The notes: generated from the sequence alone by a model not told the origin. A DNA stretch of 62,949 nucleotides, filler included, from Rhabdomonas costata (GCA_019059605.1; 47 parts of 47 records of this genome joined end to end with filler, not necessarily neighbours in it), one strand, 5' to 3'. Numbered from the whole stretch's first letter, positions 50,298 through 62,876 are shown. Program-made: numbers and translations.

Positions 50298-50776
50298 CTG
50301 GGCTGTCCACTCCCTCCAGAGCCCTCTCGAACAGCAGCTCAAATACTGTCACCACCTCCACCTTCCCAGGAACCACCACCCGGCCCAGCGTCCGAAAATG
50401 GAACTCTTCCGCCGCGCCCTGCGCAGTGCTTTCCGAGACCATTACCGTGGTCCCGAAGAACTGCGAGTGCAACAGAACGGGGAGGAAAACCAACCTTACC
50501 ATAAATCCAAAGTTTCCCATCGAACCCGCCAAGGAAGCGTGCAAGCACTTTTTTGATCGGGGTACGTCATAAAGCATTCCATACCCCTCGCATGCCCCTA
50601 CAGCCACCCTGCCACTAATTCCCGTACCTCTCAGTTCCGCCTATGCAGCCTAGTATACCACCAAAAAAATTTTCGATGGGCTGGGTGGCTCATCTTCCGC
50701 GCGGTCCCTCACGCCAAAGCCGAAAGCGACACCTTGTTGGATGTCTCCAGCCGGCTGGCGAGGTTCACCCCATCGC
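50298..50776 (-). CDS. Class III adenylate/guanylate cyclase, C-terminal catalytic exons
   Basis: Exon 50776-50733 (GDGVNLASRLETSNK, catalytic N/R) joined by a GT-AG intron to exon 50460-50298 (FFGTTVMVSEST...FRTLGRVVVPGKVEVVTVFEL). Confidence 0.92.
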
Positions 50777-51009
50777 CTGAAAGAGTGAACCCCACGCCCG
50801 TCCCCCAGAAGTCGGAGTGTGCACCGCAGTGTTCCCAAAGCCCGTTAAGATGCATGGAGGAACTCAGGAATGAACCCCACACNNNNNNNNNNNNNNNNNN
50901 NNNNNNNNNNNNNNNNNNNNNNNNNNTTAATTAATTAANNNNNNNNNNNNNNNNNNNNNNNNNNNNNNNNNNNNNNNNNNNNTTTGTTTGGGAGAGTAGA
51001 GGTCTCCAC

Positions 51010-51960
51010 ACCCAGAAAACAATGTTATCCTGTGTCTACCACTTCTGGACGGTAAAGTAGATCTGTAACATAGTCATCACCTTCCGATGCATCATCGACC
51101 TCTGAAATACAACATTCCTCTGGACGACGTTGGCACCATCTCTGGAAACGTTGTACGCATCCAATTAATTTTTAATTGCTGAGCTGCGTAAAACATTACA
51201 CGTCTTGGAGCTACTGTGGCTTCTAACGTTTGAAATACCTCCATTTGAAATGAAATACCTCCAACGTTTTTTGTGTATTTCAATTGCGTTAACTGTTCAT
51301 CTAAAAACTGTTAAAGTGGCACCGATGACATTTCTCTCCGTAGATTTTAAAGGCAGTACTATCAACGAAATGGGTGTTCGCATAAAGTATGGCACACAGA
51401 TCCTTTGCCGCACCACACGTCGCAATTCTCTATAAACTGATCTCTCTGGAACCGCCACAATCACCTGTAGCTGATGTTGATTTTCTGTAAAATACTGTCG
51501 GGTCCTATCCATTGCCTCTGTTAGGGTCCTTGTATTATTTCTCATCACATAGGCCTGGATTTACCATTACAAACCTATGATAAACAGACATTGTAACGAG
51601 TTTTGTTGCCAAACATTGTCCCACACAACATATTAATACCGGTAAGAAACTTGATGGTAAAATTGGAAATTAAATTTCGTCATCTTTAACTGATCCAAAC
51701 TCCACACGAACTTGTAGCCACACGTCTGTGGAAACAGCTGACATTTCAACGTTTCTACAATTTCTAGCATTATGCAAAGACTTGACAAGGCGCAGCAATT
51801 CATCTGAAATGTGCACCCAACACTCCTGTGGAATATATTATCTCTACTTGATCTTGAAGCCTTCTGAAGTCATTAAGGTTTTCTACAGCTACAATCCATG
51901 TTATGTAATTAGATGGGGTTTCATCGCACTTCTTGAACTATTGATCTTTCTTATGAAATT
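51010..51960 (-). mobile_element. Decayed Ty3/gypsy-type LTR retrotransposon gag relic
   Basis: AT-rich, intronless contig with broken frames. FKKCDETPSNYITWIVAVENLNDFRRLQDQVEIIYSTGVLG is gag N-terminal-like and LFIIGL..IQAYVMRNNTRTLTEAMD is gag major-homology-like. VVDTG near 51030 could be a protease remnant. Confidence 0.6.
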
Positions 51961-53909
51961 TCCGGAAATGTCCCAGATAATCTGGAATTGATGAAGCTGG
52001 CGCATCACATACACTATGAAAACCTTCCACTGAGGGTCCAGCCAGAATGTGCAATATAGTTATTGTACCGCTGATTCTGCTCCATTCTATGTTAAACTAT
52101 ACGATTTGGGTTATAACAGTCTGATTAATATGTGGTGCGGGAGTTGCTCTAGGATTTGAAGGTGGAGAATTTCCTAAAATCAAATCTGAACTCACGTCTG
52201 AAATTGGGATGACCCCCACAACANNNNNNNNNNNNNNNNNNNNNNNNNNNNNNNNNNNNNNNNNNNNTTAATTAATTAANNNNNNNNNNNNNNNNNNNNN
52301 NNNNNNNNNNNNNNNNNNNNNNNTTTTTGGTTAGTTACATCCCTTTAAGGAGACCAAGTTCAAGCATTTGTTCCTAAAAGGGATGTAACTAACCGAAAAT
52401 AAAATGGAAATTTCACAATCTTCAGAGACAAAAAATGGACGGACGGTTGCGCCACCACGAAAGTCAAGTGGTTTTGTTGTGTTACACAGGAAGTCGAAAA
52501 GAAGGAACGAGGCTACCGAGCCAGCCGTGGGTTTGAGCGGAGGTGACACCGGGAGCTCCTCGAAGTCCCTAAAAAGCGTCTCGCGGCGGGAGCGGAAGGT
52601 CATCCCGCTCCACGTGGAGTGACGGTGCAGGGTGCTGCGGCTGGAGGAGAGATTATGCGGCGAACCGCGTGAGGTGATGGTGGGCAGGTAGTTTCTGCGC
52701 AGAAGGGCGGAAAGATGCTGTGTGCGTGTGCGTGGGAGTGAGTGTGTGTGTATGTGTGGGAGAGCGGTTGGCTGGCGGGACTCTGGGATTCCCGCGAGGT
52801 TAAAAGGTTTGCACTTAACATGCCATGTCATGCTTCGTGGGTTCAAACTCAAGCCCCACGTCCAAAGTGGAAACAAAAGAGTGTGTTGAAAGGAGGCCAT
52901 TTGGAAAGCGGGAGGTGGTACACGACGGGGTGGAAACTCAAACCCCAGTCTCAGCATTCTTCTAAACTCTTTGGGTAATTCATGGTGTCGTTCAGGAGAA
53001 CCTTTTCGATTTCAAAAAAGTGTTCGTTGTGTCATGTGGTGCTACGTGCTACCTGAAGAGCCCTCTTCCACAGCTCCTTGCCACAGTAAATTCGTGTTCC
53101 GAGGATTCCTGGCCAAGGTAGGATATGTGTATGCGTGTGTGTGTGTGTTTGGTGACGTGTAGTGGCCCAATGTTAAATGGAAGATGCGGGGGGTAACGTT
53201 CGGCCAGCTAAAAAGCCATGTCAGCACTCTCAAAATGACCTTATTTTTGTGGTAGGGTTAGTTAAAATAAGATGATTCTGTTAGCAGCTGAAAACTGCCA
53301 TGAACTGGGCAACCATGTAGACCAGGATTATAATAGGGGCGACGGACAGCGGAGATACCCTTTTACGAACGGTAGCAAGCGGAAAAATACAAAAGCAAAC
53401 GCACTTTCAGGAGACTTTCCACCGCTTTCCGAAGATCCGACGGAAGGTAGCTCTGGGATATCGCCGACTGCCAGATCAGAGGGCAGGACCAGTTTTTGAG
53501 GGCGGTATAAAGTCTTCAGAAGGTCCTGGAGTAGAAGCAATGGCAACAACAACAACAACAAAAANNNNNNNNNNNNNNNNNNNNNNNNNNNNNNNNNNNN
53601 NNNNNNNNTTAATTAATTAANNNNNNNNNNNNNNNNNNNNNNNNNNNNNNNNNNNNNNNNNNNNGTTGTGTGGGTTCTCCACCCGGCGCCGAAGCTGAGA
53701 ACCCACACAGGGCTGTTAAAGTGAGCAACAGCGATAGCGGGATGCGAGCGGCTCAAGCAAGCGGAGAATGAGGTAGCGTAACACGGATCCTATGTGTGTG
53801 CTCGGTGTTGGTATCCCAGGCTGATGGCAGCGTCCTGCAACACTCACTTTTGCAGCGGAGCTGGAACTCGCAGACCTGCTATGTGAATGTACATGTGGAC
53901 CTCAACCCC

Positions 53910-54180
53910 GTAACGTTCAACGATGTGAGGACGGGGAAGGACACCGCAGCCGCGAGCGCTTGCATTCCAGCATCCGATACCGTTCAACCTCAGATCGGCA
54001 GGTGAAACAGGTAAAGCAAGACGAAGCCACAAGAGCCTGGATTCCCGTGGCATTGAGCTGGTTCTGGCGCAAACTCAATGAGTTGAGTTTTGGGAACAAG
54101 GGCGAGGCCGCGACGACTTGAATTCAGCACCCCCGATATCAAAGCGGCATGACATTAAAGGAAATCAGGTTGGGACAGAC
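53910..54180 (-). pseudogene. RI-like (28-aa) leucine-rich-repeat fragment with stops and frameshifts
   Basis: IQVVAASPLFPKLNSLSLRQNQLNATGIQALVASSCF / DLRLNGIG / DAGMQALAAAVSFPVLTSLNVTG in shifting frames, with in-frame stops upstream. Confidence 0.7.
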
Positions 54181-56343
54181 AAATGTCTTCGACTATCTCG
54201 ATTCCTACGCTCAGCAAATGCTCCCAGAGCCTTTCCTTTGAACGAAATTTACGAAACGGAGCAGCCGAGCCAGAGGCTCGTCCACACACTTTTCTCCTCC
54301 GGAATGCGAAGCATGACTTTCCACTTGCAGGCTAAGAACACGTCCACCAGGCTTTGAAACAATCTACCCAACAACGAACATTCCGCGGTTAAAGAAACTC
54401 CAATCGTACCGGTTTTTAGAAGAGACCCTTCTTGATGCATTCGGGGAGGGGGTGATTTCTTGCGCAGCTTTGGGTGTGTCTAGATGCAAGTTCGTTTGGG
54501 AGGGAGTACGTTGATCCATGCTGCGATGAAGGGCGTGCGGCTGGTGCACTACGCACGCCTTTGACACGGCGAAATCATCTCTCATAATTATGATGATGCT
54601 TTCCCAGCTATCCAAGCATGCGGATTACGTGGCCCAATGGAAGGTGTGTGTGTGGGGGGGTGATGCACCCAACACTTCGTAAGTTGACAAAGGCTCCCCA
54701 GCATACGTAAATCACACACCGCGATAACTCCGGAAGAGCCGGACCCTTCCACTTCCGAACTGCCTTCTTCCACTATGACTACTGCACCATTCTGACTTCA
54801 GGTGAACACAGGAAGGTGCACGAGGTTGCCCTCATCAACGATGTATCCGACAGAAGTCCATTCCGAACACCTCACTCTCCACCACAAACCAAACACACCC
54901 ACCACNNNNNNNNNNNNNNNNNNNNNNNNNNNNNNNNNNNNNNNNNNNNTTAATTAATTAANNNNNNNNNNNNNNNNNNNNNNNNNNNNNNNNNNNNNNN
55001 NNNNNACCACACGTAATTTGTTGAAGGCGAGGGCCGTCCAAGCGGCACCCCCGGGAAAGACCAAGAAAAGGGAACCATTGCGGCCAACCGTAATTGCTGG
55101 GCGAGTGTCCCGAGCGCAGCAACGCAGGCAGCGCGACAGTTCTGACGACATAGGGACGCCGGCCAGTTTTTGGGCAGACGAGGTTTCCCTGTGCATTCTT
55201 TCCCAAATGAATGACTCCTAACCAACGGTTGCAGCATAGTGCACCCCCTAATCAAAAGAAAAACTCTCCAGATTCCAATAGTGTCCAAACGTGTGGAAAA
55301 GGGGGGAAATATGAGCTGTAAAATCATCCAAGAAAAGTGTCCGCCAAGGGTCCCACGACGCTGTGGTTATGCAGCAGTGGGAAGAGTCAAATTTTAAATG
55401 GTGTCAGCAGAGGCAGAGAGTGAACACAATCTGGGGGGCTTACACACCAGCGGCAGGCGGCAAGAATGAATCAGTGCTCTGGCAGGGCGACGAAGCTCCG
55501 CCCTAAAGCAAAAGACAAAGGGGGAAGGGCAGGGCGGGAAGTTGACACGAATGATTTGGCTTTTCCTCATGTTTCAAATTTCTCAAGGCGCCTGAAAGCA
55601 CCATCGCCGAGCCATTCGAGCTCATGAAACAAATAGTCCTGCAGAAATTGGGGTTCAAAGAATTCTGAAATGGAAATCAAAAGGGAAATGGGAACAACAA
55701 CTTTAGGGGCGAAAGGAGAGAATAGTAAATGTGACCAGTGAGCCTGCGCGGACATTCGCAAAGCATCCCATATCATCAAAAGATGCAGATATCCGCTCAG
55801 AGATCCGCCCCCGACACTGGCCTTCCCCCGCACGCGGTTTAGCCAAAAAACGTCCTCGACTTTCGACTTGGAACTCAAGGGCTCTCCAGCTCCGAAGGCC
55901 TTCCGGTAGCGTTTGCAAGTTTCAAAAGAATTAACCATGGATCAGTACAGTTAATGAATCAATGGGTCGTCAATGAATCAAAGGGGTGTCGAAGCTTTCT
56001 TTTTAGTTTGATCGAGGAATTACAAGTGGAGCCTACGTCTTCCGCATATTTTTCCCCTAGCAGGTTTCAGCAAACAGAAGTGGCACGCCTACCCCAAACA
56101 TATCGTCCTCAGAAAGCTCGGCGATGATATCGCCTTCAGCATTGAACAACAGACGTGGGGGCCGCGGGGGGTCCGACCGCCCAAGAGGAGGACCCGGACG
56201 AACAGCACCTGAGTATCGCCAAAGCACCCCAATCCCTTCACAANNNNNNNNNNNNNNNNNNNNNNNNNNNNNNNNNNNNNNNNNNNNTTAATTAATTAAN
56301 NNNNNNNNNNNNNNNNNNNNNNNNNNNNNNNNNNNNNNNNNNN

Positions 56344-57585
56344 CTCATTTTGCTCGAGTCGTAAGTTAGAGTTTATGTCTCGATGATACTAGGCTTTGAA
56401 GTACGACCACACCACACAACGTAGTCTTTTGTAGGTTCGGGTTTTCAGTCAAAGGAGAGATTCATTCCGAGCCAGCCCTGTTGCAATCGGTTGCCCTGCG
56501 TCAGACTGACGTGGTCCGCTATTATAGTGGTCTGAAATCTCGCGGCTGACCTCCGCGGGCTCTGATCGATCTGCGGACATTTCGTAGAACGGCGATCGAT
56601 CATTCCTCAGTGACCCGAAGTTTGCGCTTCTGCTTATCGAAACCCCAGCTAAAAAACCCTCTCAGCAAATGGGCTGCGATTTCCCTGCGAACCGGCTCCG
56701 ATGAGAGAAACCACCGGAAATACAGCCTCCCTCACACACGACCCTTTTTCAGCCCGTCATGTTCGGAAAACTGGCAAAGTGCTCTCTCTGGAATGTGCTC
56801 TGGAAGGGGGTTGAGCCGTGAACCTCAGAAAACTCAGGTAGACACCCGTTAGCCTTTCACTTTTACTCATTGCTCTTTGATACGGCGTTCCATTTCTCAC
56901 GTCACTTCATCTCGTCATTCATCATACCTTTTACTAACCAGACGCACACCTCTTGTTTGTACGCGTTTGCTGTTTTTGCTGTTTGAATGGTAGTTACGGT
57001 AGTACCAATGTGCTTTTATTATATCGTCACCAAGCGCTTGCATTGGTTGAAAGACCCCTCATTTTGCTCGAGTCGTAAGTTAGAGTTTATGTCTCGATGA
57101 TACTAGGCTTTGAAGTACGACCACACCACACAACGTAGTCTTTTGTAGGTTCGGGTTTTCAGTCAAAGGAGAGATTCATTCCGAGCCAGCCCTGTTGCAA
57201 TCGGTTGCCCTGCGTCAGACTGACGTGGTCCGCTATTATAGTGGTCTGAAATCTCGCGGCTGACCTCCGCGGGCTCTGATCGATCTGCGGACATTTCGTA
57301 GAACGGCGATCGATCATTCCTCAGTGACCCGAAGTTTGCGCTTCTGCTTATCGAAACCCCAGCTAAAAAACCCTCTCAGCAAATGGGCTGCGATTTCCCT
57401 GCGAACCGGCTCCGATGAGAGAAACCACCGGAAATACAGCCTCCCTCACACACGACCCTTTTTCAGCCCGTCATGTTCGGAAAACTGGCAAAGTGCTCTC
57501 TCTGGAATGTGCTCTGGAAGGGGGTTGAGCCGTGAACCTCAGAAAACTCAGGTAGACACCCGTTAGCCTTTCACTTTTACTCATT
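56344..57585. repeat. 714-bp head-to-tail repeat (1.74 copies) filling the whole contig
   Basis: 57058-57585 repeats 56344-56871 with no difference seen. The ORF track shows identical ORFs at 56610 and 57324 (offset 714). Confidence 0.97.
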
Positions 57586-58255
57586 NNNNNNNNNNNNNNN
57601 NNNNNNNNNNNNNNNNNNNNNNNNNNNNNTTAATTAATTAANNNNNNNNNNNNNNNNNNNNNNNNNNNNNNNNNNNNNNNNNNNNGTGGGGTGGGGAGGG
57701 GGTGTTGCGTGGTAGGGTCCATATCCTAGCCTCCAGAACAAAGATGCGGTATTGGTGGAGCCCCTGCCGCTCACAATTGCGGCACTCATTTTTCTGCCTT
57801 TCACCCTCGTCATGTGAGCAGAGTGTTTGGAGTTCAGGAGATCGAGGAGTTATGGAAATTAGGATTTTGGGGTGACGGTTTTTCTCCGATGGGGTTGACG
57901 GCTTGGAAGATTCACGGGGTTTCGGGGAGTAAAGGGGCATCGCTCTGCGGGCTACGATAGCGCTTTTATACGACTAACACCGGTGTAATGCGTGTTAGAA
58001 CTCAGCTGATCCACCTTGCTGTTTCGTGCAAAAATGATTTGGCGGAGATCGACGATGACAATTTAAAAATCAAGGGTTTTTGTACATCACGTACATGTAC
58101 CTTCACAAGAAAATGCACAGGATTTTACACCCCTCCAAAAAAAAGCTATGGTGTTTTTTTCACTTGCCAAAAGGAAAACAGACGGTTGAACTGAAAATTT
58201 CCAGACCGATATCTTCCTTTGGGGGTGCTGGTCAGGTTGGTTTTGGCTCCGGTAG

Positions 58256-58501
58256 GGCTCGTGCGGCCCGCCCCTGTGAAGGACGTGCACCGCCGGATTG
58301 ACCAGAGGAGGGTCTCCGCGCTGGATTCCACGCGGTGCCCCGTGCGCCCCACGGATGCCGTGCGCGTGGTGGCCGGGGAGATGTCCGGGAAGACCGCGGT
58401 GGTGGAGCACCTTTTCCGGGACACCCTGTTCTGCCGTGCTCACGACGTGCTAGAGAACAACGGGCTGTTCGTGGTGAAGGCCTCTGCGGTGCAGACCTTG
58501 G
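58256..58501 (+). CDS. SPT5: Transcription elongation factor SPT5, KOW-domain exon
   Basis: RRVSALDSTRCPVRPTDAVRVVAGEMSGKTAVVEHLFRDTLFC...LENNGLFVVK matches the SPT5 ALD...D.V.V..G..SG..G...HLFR...F.....EN.G.FV KOW segment. AG at 58254-58255 and GT at 58502. Confidence 0.88.
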
Positions 58502-59489
58502 GTGTGTATGTGCGCAGCACAAGAAGTGGTGGCAATGCAACCACAGAGGGACAGAGGGATGTGCTCGCACGGCAATGCGTGAAGAAACGGATGCTGTCCA
58601 TTCACCATCCGAAGAAAAAGCTCAGGTTCACAACTCAACCGGATTAGAGGAAAGGCAGCACGGTACGTTGTGCTCCGAGAAATCACCCGCTGTGTGTGTC
58701 TAAGGGAGTGTGAGTGATGCGGGCGTGAAGGGGCCAAAGCAGTAGTGTAAACTCGGGTGCGCCAAAGTACCGTGAACAAGGGGCGTGCGGCTCAGCACAG
58801 CATACACACACAGACACACACCACGCGACAGTGCGCTGTGCTTCGAGAATGCACGCGCTGCACAGGTTTGAGGGAGCAGTGAATGATGGGGGCGTAAAGG
58901 CCAGAGCGCAGTGTGAAAATGCATCANNNNNNNNNNNNNNNNNNNNNNNNNNNNNNNNNNNNNNNNNNNNTTAATTAATTAANNNNNNNNNNNNNNNNNN
59001 NNNNNNNNNNNNNNNNNNNNNNNNNNGTGGTGGGTGTGTTTGGTGTGTGTGTGCATATGAGAAACGTTCATCGCCTGTGCTGCAGTTGGATAGTGAACAT
59101 TATCCAACCCTGGATAGTGGCACCAACCCTGGATAGTGGGGAGGGGGTCACCAAACAGACGGAACCCTCGCTTTTCACGGAGGTCAACTGAAGGTGGTGA
59201 GCATACACACTACGGCCCCCAACTGCGCCACAAGGTCCACCGTGCGAGCACCCCGCCAGCGCCCCAGCGCGGTGCATGCAGCAGGAATTCCCATTCCCGT
59301 CTCCCGTGTTTCGATCGTGTTTCGTTGACTACCGCGCACTCGTCAGAATTGACGCGCGAAGGATATATCGATTGATGACCGTTTTCTTCCATTGCGTAAA
59401 GCCCGAATTTTCCATGCCATGTATTCTGTCTACCAAGAAAACGCTTCTGTGAGACACTGGCGAGAACAAGCGGAGCATGGAGCGTCAAC

Positions 59490-60227
59490 CTGGAAGTGCC
59501 TCTCAAAGGCCCTGGGGCCGAAGTAGGAGTAGTTGGAGCAGATCTCGCACTTATACTCGATACCCAGCCCGTGCAGCTTGTACAGCCAGTAAGGAATGGG
59601 ACGGCCATCCCACCTTGGCGGAGCAATCCATCGGATCGAGAGCTCGACCGCAAACCTCACACCGGGAGCTTCATATTCATGCCCGAAGTTGGGTATGCGT
59701 GCGTTTAGCCGTTGCTTTTGGGGACCTGCAACTCCTGGGGACCAGGATCGTTTTCCCTTTCCATGTGGGAATTTCTTCTTGGCTCGTTGCCATTGCATTG
59801 CGTCTCTGCCAACGGGCGAGACTTGTCTTATGTTGCAGGATATAGTGAGCTACAACCTCACCTGCACTTCATCTACATTTGCTACCGCTCCGAGCTTCAG
59901 GGATAGAAGTATACAGAGTTGGTTTGCACAGGAGCAGTAAAGAGGTAGGCTGCTTCCGAATTAACCTGAGACACTGTCTTCATGACCGGTGACCTAAAAA
60001 TAAATGGACATGCGCAAAATGATGATGGCGAACATATCAAGAGGTCCAGGATGCTGTTAGGATGCCCACACTTAGGATGGGAAGAGGAGAAGCAAGTGCC
60101 TAATCCCACCCACCCTGAATACACACCCCAGCGGCAGGTCGAGGGGGTTGTCGCGAATGGTGGGGAGGTCGTCATCCACCTCTTCCCCTTCAGGGGTCTT
60201 CTTGACCAGCGCATCCCTGGTCATCGC
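59490..60227 (-). CDS. SF3A3: Splicing factor 3A subunit 3 (PRP9), two exons
   Basis: Exon 60227-60127 (...DNPLDLPLG) joined by a GT-AG intron to exon 59613-59490 ([41 protein letters not shown]), the near-invariant SF3A3 zinc-finger region. Confidence 0.97.
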
Positions 60228-62483
60228 CTAGAAGTTTGGGGATTCGGGGGGGCGAAACCAGCGCGCCNNNNNNNNNNNNNNNNNNNNNNNNNNNNNNNNN
60301 NNNNNNNNNNNTTAATTAATTAANNNNNNNNNNNNNNNNNNNNNNNNNNNNNNNNNNNNNNNNNNNNGTGTTGGGTGTGTGTGGTGGGTTGGGGAATAGG
60401 AAGGATGGAGTAGGGACAGGGTGCATCGTTTTCCTGCGAATCCACGGCTTTCGCTAAGCGCGCATCCCTCACGTTCCCTCCGAACGACCCTGCTCTCACC
60501 CATTTGTAATCCTCTTTCCTTACTTGTTTCCTCTCCTCGCTGCCATTCTCTGTCTTACCCACTTCCTTCCCGCTATTCAGCTATTCTTTCCTCGAACAAA
60601 TTCGTCCTCCTTTGCACACATCGTTTTCACCGTTGGTTGCTCTGCGCCTTCGTTTGCAGATCTCCTGCACTCTGCTTGTGGAATGCCGAGGCATTGCAGG
60701 ACGCGTGCAAGAACTGTTCCGCCGACCGAAGGAGCGAAAAGTCGTTCTGTGTTCCTGCATTTGAGTGCGCGTCTCGCGCACTGTGTGTGTGTGTGTGCGT
60801 GCGTGTGTGTGCATATTTGGTTGTGTTGGGATGGTGAATGTACATAAAACACGCGAATTCGAATGACGGCGGTTGTGTGCTTTCTTTTTTCCAGGTTTTC
60901 CGCAACCCACAATACTTTGCCTTCCAGCGGAGTTTCGTATACGTTTGGCTCACCGCCTTTCCTTTCGCTTCTGTGTTTGGTGATCGTTCATCAAGAAATG
61001 GACAGGAATCAATGCGACGCGAGGAGTGCACGTGTGTGTCACTTTTGTGTGGATGTGTGCTGTGAAGTGTGCCCTTGCGAGGTGCACGAATTACGTGCTG
61101 TGCCTGGGGATCGAATGCTGTCGATCCTCTGCTGTGGGACCCAATCTCTGTAATACCGGTTGTTAGCGGGGGGACGAACACTTGTTCTCGAGGAAGGAGA
61201 AAACCCGCTCCGACATCTGGTCGAGCTGGAGGGAAGAGGACGAGGGAACCGTTGGGGACGGCTTGCGGAGGGACCTCTTTTTGCACTTAGTGCTGTATTA
61301 TGCCAGAATGATCATAATAAGAAATGCATAGGATGAGTTCCGCGCACACGTTTATATTTTTTGGATTGGTTTTCATTCCTACAGTTGAGTTACCCACCCC
61401 CACCCTTCACAGTTCCGTCTCCTCTACAAGTTCTCGTTGCTGTGTCGTGTGGGTGAGGGAACAGTGTGCTCTTGGGGCGTACCAAGTCCATGGAGGGAAA
61501 AGGCAAGCAAGGGAAGCGTTTCCCGTTTTCCAGAGGTTAGGGACGAAACATGGAACGCGTCATCTCAAGAAAGGCATTCCTCCGAAGCACCACCAAAAAA
61601 CAAAAAACNNNNNNNNNNNNNNNNNNNNNNNNNNNNNNNNNNNNNNNNNNNNTTAATTAATTAANNNNNNNNNNNNNNNNNNNNNNNNNNNNNNNNNNNN
61701 NNNNNNNNGGGGTGGTGTGGGATGGGGTTGCGCTTGCTCTCGAGGAAAAGTCATTGGTCTCATATGAGGTAAAGGGTGATGTGCATGTGTTTCGAGAAGA
61801 GGATATCATATATCAAGGCTAGCTCCACCCGGAAACTCACTGACTGCCCGATTTTGTTCCGCTCAGCCCTAGACCATGTGTTCTGCTCTAACAAAAGGTT
61901 TACGGTTTACGGTGGAGCTTTATGCACTGAGTGAACAAGCTCTCCAAATAAAAGTACCCAACTTCTGCAAAACAGAGAAAAGAGCAAGTTGACAGAGCAA
62001 GGACGGGTCAGGTAGGAAGGCATCAAACCTTCCCACAGTAGATGTCCGGCACAGAGTAGTACACCCGCCACTTCTTTGCAGCCTTTCGAATCTACAAATG
62101 AAAGAGTGTCATGGAAGCCCAATAAAAAAGAAGAACCTTGTCAGCCCACCAGAGAAGCCATCCAGCGCACACCCCGCACATGCAAAGCACAGCCAGGCCT
62201 TCGGATGTCAAACGGTGGTCTGCAGCACTGTCGTTGGACAGTTCCCAAACATGACCCGGGACTCAAATTTTTTTTTTGCATAAAACCCGTGGACTTTTGG
62301 AAACCCCTCGGTGACCAGAATGCAGAAAGCTCGCTGAAAAAGCTCATTAGCTATCAGTGCCCCGTGGCGTGCCCAGTGGTCCTCCTCACTCGGACGTTCG
62401 TCAATTTTGCAAGTGCAGGTGCCAAATGGCCACATTTTTATCAAACTTTACACCTGAGGGGTGATCTTTCAACTTAGAACAAC

Positions 62484-62876
62484 CTGCTCCGGAGTACCCG
62501 TCAGCCCCACAAACTTCGGGGAGTAATCGGCGACGAAGTCCTTCACCTTCGCGCAGCTGTCCCGCGCAGGGTCAATCGAGATGAACACGGGCAGCAGGGT
62601 GTCCGTGCCTCCGTAGTGGTTGTCCACCCGGGACACCACCTCGGTCATCCGAGACATCTCCGCGGGGCACATCTCTGGGCAGTTCGTGAACCCGAAGTAC
62701 ATCAGGGTCCACCGCCCGCGAAACGTGGCCTGGGTCACGGGCTGGCCCTCACAGTCCACCAGTGCGAAGGTCCCGCCCAGTGTCAGGGAGTCCGCAGGAG
62801 AAGACAACCCGCCCCTTGCCGCCACGGGTGTGCCTGGAGCAGCGGAGGGCATGGTGTCGGGCTTACTGGTGGGTGC
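62484..62876 (-). CDS. SCO1: SCO1/SenC copper chaperone for cytochrome c oxidase, exon
   Basis: LGGTFALVD...YFGFTNCPEMCP (CxxxC)...PVFISIDPARD...FVGLTGTPEQ, followed by a GT donor at 62483. Confidence 0.95.

Noticed and set aside
56398-56415. GAAGTACGACCACACCAC resembles the 5S 5' end and matches 283-300 at 16/18
   Set aside because: The downstream sequence does not fold or align as 5S, and 16/18 matches are expected by chance among all position pairs in a window this size.
56610-56852. 80-aa ORF repeated in the 714-bp unit
   Set aside because: It has a GTG start, no coding-like codon bias and no recognisable motif.
56805-56890. GGGGTTGAG and GGCGTTC resembling kinetoplast minicircle conserved blocks
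   Set aside because: The matches are partial and in the wrong order and spacing for CSB1-CSB2-CSB3.
56825-56930. Minus-strand ATGATGA ... CTGA pair (box C/D snoRNA candidate)
   Set aside because: The terminal stem is weak and I recognised no rRNA-complementary guide, so it is left to an Rfam or snoscan search.
1243-61708. Regularly spaced identical repeat with unique intervening sequence (CRISPR-like or cassette-like periodicity)
   Set aside because: It is an N-padded six-frame-stop linker joining similar-length contigs, so it is not biological.
16285-62876. Apparent cluster of nitrogen, signalling and mitochondrial genes
   Set aside because: The genes lie on separate concatenated contigs, so there is no linkage information.
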